From positions 1 to 64,000 of the forward strand of contig MU271289.1 of NCBI GenBank assembly GCA_021432655.1: 64,000 bases of DNA, read 5' to 3'. A program made the position numbers and the translations under genes. Positions 52,031 through 64,000 of this stretch are shown here, one piece after another; the stretch's first letter is position 1; each line of letters begins with the position of its first letter. Under the pieces are notes generated by a model that was not told where the DNA came from, made no database searches, and worked only from the letters and a program-made list of their open reading frames with translations. Origin of the DNA: Atractiella rhizophila (taxonomy: Eukaryota).

Positions 52031-53893
52031 GCTGGCCTTTAGTCCTTCAAAAAATGAGGGTAATGCGGGAATTCGAAGGAAACTGGTGTGAGTCATCATA
52101 ATCCGCCCGTCGCTTCCGTCACATTGTCAAACGACGACTCGATTCTTTCGTCGCCGTCATCGCCCTTCACACGCTTCGATAACGCGGAAAGAGGTCTCAG
52201 CACAGGCACCATGTCGGGACCAGGCACGCCACTGCTTTCCTCTTTGTTGCATCACGCAGCAGCGTCGAATCCGAACATCCTGCCAATCTCAATTCCACCG
52301 CAAACGCCGATCCAAAACACTGCACCTATTCAAAATTCAAATGCTTCTGGAAGCAAGGGAGGAGCAGGAGCAGGAGGCGGTGGCGGCAGTGGAGGTGGGG
52401 GAGCAGGGGGGAAGAAGAGAAAGGCGAGTGGGGATGCGGATGATGACGGAGGGAAGAAGAGGATCAAGACACCTAGAGCTTGTGATAGTTGTAGGAGGAA
52501 GAAAATCAGGTTCGTTTCTTCTTCCACTAACACTAAAGAGGTGAGAGGAGCCTCCCATTGCGCCATTATGGAAAGAGCGTTGTTTGATACAGGGTTGGAG
52601 AGCTTCAAAAGAGCATGATTGTTCGAAGCGAAGGGAGCGATCGACAGGACGCTGATCGTCTGTCTCGCTGCATGACATGTTTTGCAGGCATCCCTTCTGT
52701 TGTTTTGTGATCCTACTTCGCAAGCGGATGTTTCTCGTCTTTGTTAGACGTCGTCGACGGACTTGCCGTGTGGTGACCTCATAAGCTGTCGCCGGATACC
52801 TTGTGACACTTGCACTTCTCTATTTTTTTTGCATTACATCCTCCAAGCCTTCAGGGTTAGGTTAAGGTCAGAGTTTCGACCAACTGGTGTTGGGCGTAAA
52901 TGTCTCAAGTGTGCAACATGTTCAACGCAGTTGCAATGTCCAACCATAACGTTGAATGTTGTCAAGTCGAGAGGGTCAGTTGGTGGATCAATTACTGAGG
53001 ACTCAGTCCATATTCTTACGATCGTTTTCTGTGTTTTTGACCATTGTTTCAAGAACCCAGCAGAAGGAAGTGCATTCTCGAAAATCAAAGCTGTGCTGCG
53101 CCCGCATCACAGGAGGCACAATCGGCTTCTTCCATTGCATTTTCTCCTGCTCAACAAGATGATCGAAGAATCAGTCGGGTGAGAGATGAGCATTCGAGAG
53201 TTGGAGGACGCTGCCAATTGATTGCCTCAAATTGTTGTACCTCCCGTCTCGCCTCACCTACATGAATGTGGCATGGCCATTTGGAAAAGATGAAAGAAGG
53301 TACAGGAAAGAAGGGGGGGTTGAATCTCAAGGCCTTCATTTATCGATGTATTGTCAGCTGTGTGTGTAATTTGGGGTTCGTTGTCACATGCTCCTGCTTT
53401 CAGGGCACATCTGCAGTGTCGTCGACGTCGGACAGTGGGAGGGTATATACCCGCGCAACAGACCAGTAGTGCCTTCTTATCTTCCGCCCAAACACATAGA
53501 TTTTTGACTTAACTCCCCAATTATCTCCCTCGTCTTGTCTGGATAATTAGTTATGAGAGACCATTGTTTTTTGCCTGTTTGTTCCTTCGTTTCACAGCTC
53601 CTAGATAATTTCATTTGAAGACTTCCCATTTCGGGATTGGGTAGCTTTGTGAAGCGAGTACGGAGCGATGCTCAGCCAAGGCGATTTGAAAAGAGTGTTG
53701 GAATCAATATAACAATTGCGCTGCATTTCTTTGAGGGGGCTTTCCAATACCCCGATCCTCTACCTGCTGACTTCAGAAACGAAATTAACACTAATTTGTT
53801 GCAACGGCAGGTGCGATGTAGTTCCAGACGTAGACCCACCCGTCTGCGTTCATTGCAAGACGCATAGTCTCGAATGCACCTGGGTAAGTTGCA
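51833..53893. repeat. Diverged direct copy of 46885-48877 (bidirectional promoter + both 5' ends)
   Basis: Collinear similarity including the 1.3 kb intron. Confidence 0.95.
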
Positions 53894-56599
53894 ACCGCAA
53901 AAATAGACTTTAGCTGACAGACACTGCAGTTTTTGCCAATCACTGAAACACGATTCAAGCGGAAGAATAAAGAAGCTGGAGAGAGCGGTTCACCAGCTCC
54001 CGTCGCTGCCTCTGCCTCCTCTCCATCCCTTACCTCTGCCCGTCCCCCACAAATGAGCATCGGCCCTTCTCGCCCACCATCGTCATCTGTGACCACGTCT
54101 GGCATTGGAAGCGGTGCCGCCTCGCACGACCCTCGAATCCTTGGCCCGACCTCTATAACCCACATCATGCATTCTATGGCGACATTTCCTGTTGAGCACA
54201 TGGGAGCATACGATTGGAAACATGGTTTCACCTGGGAAGTGAAGGAGGACGGGGATGGGTTCATCAAAGTTTCGGATACTATTGGAATCGACGAGACCGC
54301 GGCTAATGGTGCCGACTGGGAAGGAGAAGGGAAAGGTTTAAGGGGTTCAACCATCGCGCCAGATGTTGCTAGTCATTTGGTCAATTTTTTCTTTCAACAT
54401 CATTCTCAACATTTCCCCATCGGTAAGTCCTTTCTTTACATTTACTCAATGCTGAGCCGGACAAATCCACACAGTCTCAAAAAAGGAGTTTCTTTCTTCC
54501 TATCAGCCCGATCCATCTTCTTCCACGCCAGCCCCAAAACCCCATCCTATGCTCCTCCAGTGTATCTGTGGCATTTCGGCGCAAGCTTCCACCGTACCAG
54601 CACACATTTTTGATACCATCAAAAACAATATCCATCAGATGTTCAGAGAGGAAGATGTGTTGGACTGGGGGAACCTGGCTACTGTACAATCGCTGTTAAT
54701 CTACAGCTTTAGTTTGGAGTTCAGTCGAGGACGAGCTTCAGGCAACAAAAATTGGAATGTTCTTGGTCTGGTAGATGGTCCTCCAATTTCACCAGGAAGT
54801 TGAAGCTGAACGCGTGAGCAGGCGATCAGAATGGCTCAAAGTTTAGGACTTCATCGAGAAACAGCCACTGAAAAAGAGCGACAGACGATGGCGGACCACA
54901 TTGAAGTAAGAAGGAGAGTGTGGGGAGGCTGTTTGGTTGCAGATCGATGGATTTCTGCCTGTGTACGACTTTCGCGCCTTCCGCCCTCGCTAGTCTAACA
55001 AGAGCTTACAGTTCGGACTTCCAATGGTGATAGACCTGGCTGATTGTGATCGGCTCTTCCCCTCAGTCCACGACATTGTTCCTGGGCAAGAACCCCATCA
55101 AGTCGACCGTGGCAGTCGACCTTATCTTTTCAATACTGTCATGATACAACTTAGCATCATCCTGGGCAAGATTCAGCGATCGTTGTATAGTCCAACTGGG
55201 ATTCTCAATCTTAAAGATGGAGAGGCTGAGCAGTTGCAAGCTGAATTAGAAGCGTATGCCATTTGTCTTGACAACAAAAATATAGTGTTAAGGAAGGGGC
55301 AGTTGGGATCGCAATATCCCCCCAGAACTGCAGTTTAACGGACCAGAAAATTCAAATCCGCAAGCAGGTTGGTGCAGTAGTTTACATTGTGAAACTTTTT
55401 GACGACCATGTAGGCTTCCTCCATCTCATGTCTGTCACCCCAATGTTTCTTCTCCTTCGACCCTTTTGGAAGTTGTCCTACATCTGCCCCGATAACGTCA
55501 AATTTCATCCCGGCATCAAGGACTGGAATGATCTTCGTCTGAAAGCTCAGCAAGCAATAGACTGGACGAATCGGAACGAGACTTACCTTCAGGGATGGTT
55601 CATCCCGCTGTATTGCCTCTTCATCTGTTCCCTAATCCAGGTGACATTTTCGCAGCACATTTATCAACTGTGAGCAGAATGCTAACACAATTACAGTACC
55701 ATGCCTACGTTCGACGACGCGAACCAGACATTTTGGATTCTTTGAGGACCAGCCGTGATCTTCTCAAACGCATCAGCTCGCAACAAGACTGTCCAACACG
55801 AATGAAGGTGTCGGAAATAGTTGCACTGCTTTTTAACACTGCTCATTCGATCACGTCATGGGCTCCCGAGCCATCCCCGGATTCACCACTCCCCACTGGG
55901 ATAAAGCGAGAACCGTTAGTAGGATTGAATCCCACGAAAAGGGAGCAGGAGGCGAGAGCAAGATTGGAACTTGAGGTCCAAGAAATCGGGAGATGCAAAG
56001 CCTAACGGTTCAACGGGCACGCCTGATAGCGCTGGAACGAGTGGTAGCCCATACATGAACAATAGCGCGATGAGGACAACGAGCGAAACTCACGTGGGAG
56101 ATGTCCAAAGCCCATTCCAAGCTACATTTCCGGCGATGCCGCCTCCGCCATTGCAAGCTTCCTCGCAATTTGAAGCCTTGTTACAGAGCGCCACGAACAC
56201 TCCCCCAGACCCTTCCACTTCTCAAGTTCAGCAACCCCTCGCGCCAATCGGTCAAAACTTTGATCAATTGTCGGCGATCGACCCTTCCTTACTAGACGTA
56301 TTTGGATTCTCGACACCCAATGTTAACCCAATCATCAACGCTGGCCCAATAGACGGTTTGGCAAATGTTACACCGTCCAACTTTTTCGGCGGCTTCAGCA
56401 GCGCGCAGCTGTCTGCCTTCCATCCAGAATCTCTACCGAACGCTATCTTCGATTTTGGTGCGCTTTCCCTTTACTCATACCCCTTCCATTATTTATGCAG
56501 TGAACATGGTGGGCAATAGATTCGTGGGATAGTTTATTTGAACAACAGCCTATTCTTACAGGACAACAGCAGCCAGGCAGGAACGGACATAGTGTCTGA
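52211..56599 (+). CDS. Zn(II)2Cys6 transcription factor with fungal-specific TF middle domain
   Basis: [72 protein letters not shown]. Confidence 0.93.
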
Positions 56600-57206
56600 G
56601 AACCGTTTTTGCCAGTAGTCCGCTCGCTTTTCCTTAAACTGTCGGTGCTTCAAATATGTTGTAGAAAATGATCAATTCATTGTCACAAACCACGGAGCGA
56701 ATATATCAGCAGAGCAATCAAATTGTTGCCCGTGAGGTTTGACCGAGCCTGCTGAGGGTTAAGGCCTCGTTGAGGGTCAAAGCTATAACCAAGTGTGTGT
56801 TCAAAGAACAGAGCAAATCGATAAAGTCGAAGCTCCAAGATCTCGATTCGCGCGAATACGACAGGACGCATGGTGGGAAACAGGACGGGCCACCTTCAGC
56901 AGCGAGCAACGAGCAGCGAACCTAGTCAGAGCAGTGGTGACAAAGACCGGAAGCAAGTTCTCGGCTCAGAATATCGGGAACCTGAGAACATCATCTCGAG
57001 AACACCGCAGCCTCTCCTTCCTCTTTCGTTACTCCGACTCGCACACCGTTGCTCTTGGAATGGGCTGCTCTCGATCCGTTGGCACGAAATTGTCACTCGT
57101 AAATGTGCATTTCTTGACATATATAAACGGTGTTACCCTCCAGCTCATCCTTTCCCAATCAAAATCGGTTTAAAATCTCCAGAGTTGCCAAATCCTAGTC
57201 ACCGCC

Positions 57207-57934
57207 ATGTCCGTCATCACGCCTCTCGCCGAATCCTGTCGTAACATCTCCTACGACTCCGAAAATTACGAACTCGTCGCCGAATGCAGGCGCAAAGACG
57301 GGTCGTGGCGTTGGTCTCGACTGTACCTCAACTACTGTGCGCCATTCCCTTCGAAGCATGCTTCATACTAAACAAACTCTTTGAAGGCGTCGATGTGACA
57401 AGGGAGGGGAGTCTGAGAGCTTCGGTTGCCTGTCCTAACGAATACCTTATGCTCGAACCGCGCGATAACGAGGAACCTCACATTCGCAACGTTCGACTTC
57501 AGTCGCGTAATGAAGGGGGGAAGACGCTGCATTTCTTGAAGGCGGAATGCGTTGAAATCAAGCGAGGATGGTTCTCTGAAACGCGGGAGTGGAAGCCGGA
57601 GCAGGAGCTGTGTTTGGATACGTGGACGAGCAATGTTGATGGGTATTTGGTGTTCTATCATCCCAAAGACGAGTACGTGTGATTCTGTTGTCCCGTCTCC
57701 TGCTGACGACGATGATGTGCAAGAGCATTCCACTTCCCAGAGTGGGCCAGCATCGCTATCGATATAGCGGATAAGTTCGCCAACGCTCCTGACGACATCA
57801 ATGAGGCATACGACCAAGCCCAAGAAGATTTTCTCAGCTCTATTGGAGGAGCCCGCCTTGAATTTCAAGAAAAGAAGTGGTTCGAGGGAACAGTTCCGAC
57901 AAAAGATGATAGGTTTCTTCGCAGAGGCACCTGA
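57207..57934 (+). CDS. CVNH (cyanovirin-N homologue) domain protein with C-terminal extension
   Basis: AESCRNISY..LVAECRRKDGSWRWSRLYLNYC|VD..EGSL; second repeat LKAEC..ELCLDTWTSNVDGYL; intron at ~57673-57723 extends the frame to TGA 57932-57934; TATAAA at ~57122. Confidence 0.75.
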
Positions 57935-59094
57935 TCCTGACACCCTCCGCTACTTCAAATGTACTATGTAAAGTTGATTTGCAGCAGGAGTAAAGGGAAT
58001 GTCCATGTTGTTGTTTTCACTCTGAAAAGCGCTCCACAAGATCACGGTAGTCAATCGACACTAGTTCATCACCGGTTTAAGTTGTCAGGAAATACTGCCG
58101 CTGTACCTGAGACTCTTCTCGAGAGAAGCACATACGGTTTCCTACACAGACAGTTGTTCCAGGTAGAAGTTTTGACGCATCACGTAGGGTTCTTTGAGTA
58201 TTGCAGACACAGTCGTTAGATCAGAAACAGCGCTGAATCTATAATTTCCACAGAATTTACCAGCAAAGGGGTCGAAAGAATGGATAGAACTGAAGAAATA
58301 TTCCCTCATGCAGCACTTTACGGAGCCCTCTTGTATAACGAGCTCAGAGGATCTGAACTGTTCAGACCCGTGACTGGCGCAACTGAACCTGAGCGAGCTA
58401 TGCACCATTACTCACAATACCGAGAAAACAACCCCGCATCACACGTTCGCCATTTTCACTATGCTACTTTTCTCACACTCTCTAGCTGTCATTCTGGGGC
58501 AACACGAGGTTCAACGCCTCCATGTTTTTCAGTTTTCGTCGGTCGCGCGTGGTAGCAGGATGTCTGATGTGACTCAAACATCAACTTGTAGTTGTCAGGC
58601 AATCGTAAATGTGCCTTGGATCCTCTGAGTGTCATAGTAGAGCGAAAAGGGTGGTTCGTTTTAACATGTCTGCTAGTGAAGTTTTGATGTCACCGTCACC
58701 AGAATGTTAGCGTTACATTTTGTTGCAAGGCTGCATTGACTCCTGCACGTTGTATCAATTCAGCTTCATCCTCTGTCAGTGTCGACTGCAGCTACGTCCG
58801 AAGTTCCCCTCGGCTAGACCGGTTCATTTCTTGAAACTGGATGCTGTAGAGCATGGACTTGAGCTGGACCTGAGCAGGAGAAATGCTCGACGAGTTGAGA
58901 ACGTCGGAGCGATTGTGGTGGATCTATGACGTCGTTGACTGAAAAATGAATACCAGGATGACCAGGGGATGACTGTGCTGGATGGACTGTGACAAGTCTA
59001 GCCCTAAAGCTTACGATACACGATATATATTGCAAGGGCCGCAACAACGACTCTAATCTTGAAGCCTTGCGTCGCCTTGATCGCCTTGATCAGA

Positions 59095-60674
59095 ATGTCC
59101 AACCTAAAGTTAAAGATATCCTCCCCCGCACCATTCAGGGTCTCCATTCCCCAATCCGAACTTGACTTGCTCGAGACCCACATTTCCCTTTCTTCTTCGC
59201 ACTTACCAGCCTACACGTCCTCCCTCCTTTCCTCGCTTCCTACTAGTGGTCCGGCATCATTTGAATATGGCATCCCACCTTCACTTCTTCACACGCTCGT
59301 GGAGACACTGAAGACCGATTATGATTGGAGAAAAGAGGAAATGAAAATAAATGCCATGGGACAACATTTCACTATTGATGTGGAGGAGATAGAGGATGAA
59401 GGGAGTATGAGGATGCATTTCGTGTGGCTCAAAGCCTCGCAAACAGATGCCGAGACTGTGATGGTCATTCATGGATGGCCAGTTCGTCCATTACAGCTAT
59501 CTCCTTGCCCATTTTGACAAATCAAACAGGGTTCTTTCTTCGAACACGAAGAATTCGCCAAAAAGCTGAATCAGAAAGGCTACAATGTCCTTGTTCCCTC
59601 TCTCCCCGGTCTGTATCCACATTCACTTTCTCAAATTCTCACACCTTTGTTCACACACAGGGTACACCTTCTCTGATGGACCGAAGGCGAATCCATTCTC
59701 GTTCTCGTTTACGAAAGCGGCGACGCTTGTTGATGCCACCGCGATGAGTATGGGAGTGCACAAATATTATATTCAGGCCGGTGTGTTCCTCGAACTTTCC
59801 CAGCGTGGGTTGAATGATTCAGTGGGATAAACAGGAGATTGGGGGGCGACTGTGGCCAAACGCCTTGCTACTTTGTTCCCAGATAGAGTGCAAGCACTTC
59901 GTAGGCCTTCATTTTGTGTATGAACCCAGGTGAGACTAAAGCGGTTAATGGGAATCTGTGAACCAAGATCAAAATTACTCCTGGCCTGGTGATGCAGGCT
60001 ATTCAGAGCCCGGAAAGATGCCTCCTGACGACGATTTGCTGTCGTTTTCAGCTGAAGAGAGGAGGCAAGTAATCTGTTTCATCTTCGAAATTCAGTGCTC
60101 ATGAGGTAAAAGAGGGATTGAGCGCTGCGTGGAGTTTACGACTCGGGGTGCAGGATATGCCATGATGGCAGGAACTGTCCCTTACGTTCGTCTTCTCCTT
60201 TCCTACAAACTAATTGTGTTGAACATGCTTTAGACCATCGGTGCCGCCTTATCTTTCTCTCCTCTTTCCCTCGTCGCATATTTGGCCGAAAAGTACTACC
60301 GCTGGATGTCTCCCGCGTCGCATTCCACCGTTTCAACACAGAAGATCATTACACTCGCTCTATTATACCACTTCACTCAAACCCACGTATCATGCTTCTG
60401 GTTCTACTACATCCAAAATCATTCTCCTCCTCTTGATTGGCAAGTGGCCCACTTCACGCCTATCACACAGCCTGTTGCGTTCATGACCGGAAAGCATGAG
60501 ATCTGCTGGCCGCCAAAACGTTGGCTAGTCCATGCACCAAATGGAAGTGGAGGAGGATTCAAGGACCTTAGAGATTACAGAGTGCTCGAAAGGGGTGGCC
60601 ACTTCTTGGCCCTGGAGGAACCTGCTTTGTTGGCGGGACTAGTAGCCGATTTTTTTGAGACAGTGAAGAAGTAG
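59095..60674 (+). CDS. Microsomal-type epoxide hydrolase (EHN + alpha/beta hydrolase)
   Basis: PFRVSIPQSELDLL, YDWRKEE..IN, MHFV, IHGWP|G, VPSLPG|YTFS, QAGDWG, GGHFLALEEP. Confidence 0.92.
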
Positions 60675-61051
60675 ACGGCAAGAAGATAGACGAGTGGGCC
60701 AATGTGCCAAATGTATTAGTCGATAACTGGCTGTAGATTGAATACCTCAAAGAAATTCATTCTTGAAGCTTGGATTCTCAAGCACATGTGGTTCTTAGGG
60801 CGGAACCTTTCAGTAGATATCGGGTAGTTTCCTTCTTGTCAAGGGGGAGGTTCCAGTTCTTTGTGGAATTTGATGGTCATCACGTCAAGTCCGAGTTTAC
60901 AACCCCGTAATTCCATTCTTGCCATCCTCTTATGCCCCCTCTTAGTGACCAGATGCTCTGCAGAATTCTAGTTCTAGAGGAGACACTGAAAAAAGAATAT
61001 ACTCTTTGAGTCATGGTTGTTTTGGTTGTTTTGTGAACCTGAACCTATTTA

Positions 61052-63798
61052 ATGCGAAACAAACGACGAACAGCTTCAGCAGGCAGAGTCCGGGACATGG
61101 GAGCACTTCAGTCGTCACCGCAAGACCTTCTCAACATAGTTCCAGACGTGGAAAACCTCCGAGCTGCGGTAGCTGATGGCAAAGGAGACGATGAACCAGA
61201 GGTGGGTGGAAAGAGGAGGAAACGGAAGGTTTCAAATAATGAAATTCGCCAAAAGAAGAAACGGAGTGCGTGTATTTCAATTCTCGATCGCCTTGCCCCA
61301 TGATGATGAAATCGCTATCAAAAGTGTGAGCAATGAACTGGAGGAAATAAACTTCCAACAAGGCTGTGTCATCTTAAAAAGGCGAACAAATAAAGACTTT
61401 CTGGCTTCCATTACTCAAATATGTTGCAGGGCTTGCTGCCATTTCTGAAGAAGTCCCTTCGACTGCCGCTCCGTCCACTCCACCGGCAGCGAAGCCGCCG
61501 CTGAAAATCCGTCTCAATCTCAAGCCTAAAAGACCTACTGAGGACGAAAGAATATTCAAATTACAGCACAGATCCTGCACAGATCCCATGTACTCGTCAT
61601 ACCCAATGTGTCTCCCTTGCGGTGAACGGAACCGTCATGTGGCTCAGTCAGATGAATTGGACGATGAATCCTGTTACTTCGAGAACGTGAGAAGCTTTGC
61701 TCACAAGGGAGGCAAAATCGAGAGTGAGTGTTTGCCACTGCTTTTAAGAAGTTAAGGTGAACGAATGTGGACAGGTGGTCCTTATTGGCAGACAGTTACT
61801 GAAGACACGATTGCTCCTGAATACGAGTCGTTAGACCACTTTTCTAACTCTCTTTCCAACGCAACCATTCAAGAAGTGAAGACTGCTTGCGCAAAGGCTC
61901 TCCAATCTTTCCTCAGCAGCGATCTGGAGGCGGTGTCGGAGATGTACAAATTTGCCACAGCGAACAAAATTGCCGTTATCGAGAAACCACAGCCCTTGAT
62001 AGAGAGAGTGACCTGCGACGGATGTGCAACAACCATCGTGACGGGTTATTGGGTTTGTAAGCTGTGTGGAAGAAGTTTTTGTCTAGATTGCAAGCAACGG
62101 TTGCTTCAAGAGCATGGGATGATTGAGAAAGGGAAGAGGAAGAAGCCGGCCAAGTCTAGGGGGAAAACAGTAGGGGAACGAACCGAACTCGTGGTTGATT
62201 CTACTTTCTGCCGATTGCAGGAGTGCCTTGACAAACAGACGCATGACGAATCCACGCTCCTCCCTTTCACTTCCATCACGATGAAGGATATACACCAGCT
62301 ACTCGAAGAAGTTACTAACTACCTCTCTTCTGTTAATTTTCTCGACGCTGGTTTTTCAGCCCTTCATCTTCCCCCATCGATTGAACGCGTGGATCCTCAC
62401 CCTGGAGAAGTTGAACCGTATTACTTGATGCGCATGGAAACCTTTTCCATGCAGCATTTTCGTCAGATCTGGGAGATGCGGCCCGCGCCCCCAGTCGTGG
62501 TACAGGGGATCGAGTTCGGGGAGAATTGGTCGATGAGGGAGTTGAGTGATTTGTATGGCGATCAAGATGTCGATGTGATGGAGACTCAATCGGGGGAAGA
62601 GTGGGAAGGACACCTTCGGGATGTCCTGGAGGAGATGCGTAAACCTGAGAGGGTAAAAAACATGATCCTACGCGTCAAAGTAGGTCTTCCATCTTTACTT
62701 AACATTTTTGAGGCGACATTGTTTTGAAAGAGCTATGGTTTGTGTAGGACTGGCCGAAGGAACGCTTTTCAGAAGCTGAAGGCCTTGAAGAGATGTACCG
62801 AGAGTTGACTGAGGTTCTTCCTGCTCCAGAGTAAGCGATCTGTGTGACCATTGGCGAGGTTGACACTCGACAGATACACGCTTGAATATGGGACACTAAA
62901 TATTCTCAGCTACTTGCCGAAAAACTATTTGACTCCAGACATTGGAGCCAGGTGCATTCTCAATGGTTTTGCTGATATCTAGCTCTGATGCTGTTGAAGG
63001 TTCGATTTTGCGTTAGGATCCTCACTTCAAGAAGGGACGAATGGAACAAGCAAGTTGCGAGTCGATGCCGCAGATGAAGGTGATCATGCGAACCCTCACA
63101 TTGCCAGACTCACTAAGCATTGCTCTAGTGAACATCATGGTTTATTCTTTGCCCGTTAGTGGAACTCGAGGCACGACAGTGTGGGACATCTTTCCTATTG
63201 AGGAGACACCAAAGGTGAGTATTACTTAGCAGTTTGTTGGCTTGGAAATTTAGTGTTCAATTAGCTCCGAGCATACCTGCGTACCATCCAAGCTGAAGAA
63301 AATTTTTGCTCCATTTCGCACGCGGAATCAAATTTGGACGACCCCATTCTTTCTGTACAGTTCTATCTGGACTCAACAAAGCTGAAAATTTTGGACGAAA
63401 AGTACGACATCAAGAGGTATAGGATCTACCAGCAACCGGGAGATGCCATCTTCATACCTGCAGGTTGCCCGAAGCAGGTACGTTCCACTTGTCGAGGCTA
63501 TCTGCTTGGCGTGGGATGACATCTGGCTGGAAAAGTCGTGCAATCTTTCGAACGCAGCCAACATATTCACAAACTTCATTCCGCCTTGTACCGTGTCCAC
63601 TGTTCTTGACATCACCAGACAAATGCGACAACAGGTAAGCATTTGTTATATGGTTCAAAAGGATCCTTTGTGACAAAGAGAATCTAGACCCGCGACGGGA
63701 CGACACTTGATGACGCTGTTGGGGGGAAGAGCGTGTGCCATTGGGTTTATAAAGCGTGTCAGCATTACGAGAAACTGAGAACTGAGCAGAACATGTAG
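61052..63798 (+). CDS. KDM3/JMJD1-like zinc finger + JmjC protein, predicted catalytically inactive
   Basis: CDGCATTI..WVCKLCGRSFCLDC; FRQIW..PVVVQG; LRVK|DWP; GTLNILSYLP..PDIG; WDIF; DPIL..FYLD; IYQQPGDAIFIPAGCPKQ. Start approximate. Confidence 0.85.
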
Positions 63799-64000
63799 GG
63801 GTCTGGACGTCGGATTATCTTGAACATGAATGGCGCAGCTGATTTAACCGACGAAGACTCAAGCATGGAACCCTCAATGGAAATGGCTCCCCGTTTCCAT
63901 GCTAGCAACAGTTGTGCATCACATTGCGCCGAGCACTCAGCAGAATCTCGAACAACTTCCTCCCAACATGAGATATTCCGTGACTAGACTTGTCGGGATC

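Noticed and set aside
53530..53560. TCTGGATAAT resembling part of a fungal TPP riboswitch in the TF intron
   Set aside because: Not followed by ACCAGCGAAAG and no properly placed CUGAGA motif.
1..64000. tRNA, rRNA, intact transposase or reverse transcriptase; many antisense ORFs
   Set aside because: No diagnostic motifs seen by eye; antisense ORFs are shadows of real exons.

Overview
Eukaryotic, intron-dense fungal genomic DNA, most likely a basidiomycete (inferred from ~45-60 nt GT-AG introns with CTRAC branch points and from the gene families). The ORF track is fragmented because genes are split into many exons. About 23 genes can be read: SNF2 helicase (partial), NADAR, Rab escort protein, a multi-TM protein, BAP31, GH5 glucanase, Voa1/Ac45-like, SnoaL/NTF2, MBL-fold hydrolase, LRR-like protein, ACS-type MFS transporter, 2OG-Fe(II) oxygenase, MYND protein, Flx1-like carrier, gamma-glutamyl transpeptidase, SKP1, Gre2-like reductase, membrane-anchored S28 peptidase, a small mitochondrial membrane protein, a Zn2Cys6 TF, CVNH, epoxide hydrolase and a KDM3-like JmjC protein. 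Most notable: (1) a ~11 kb tandem segmental duplication with an internal deletion, which left pseudo-copies of SKP1 and the reductase and reciprocally inactivated a head-to-head gene pair; (2) a JmjC protein lacking both Fe-binding histidines; (3) a 1.3 kb intron splitting the Zn2Cys6 cluster; (4) several small, near-perfect tandem duplications and an A21 tract that may be real or assembly artefacts; (5) two inverted paralogues of an unknown gene bracketing a small catabolic gene group. No CRISPR, rRNA, tRNA or intact transposon was seen. Gene boundaries were read by eye and are approximate where stated.
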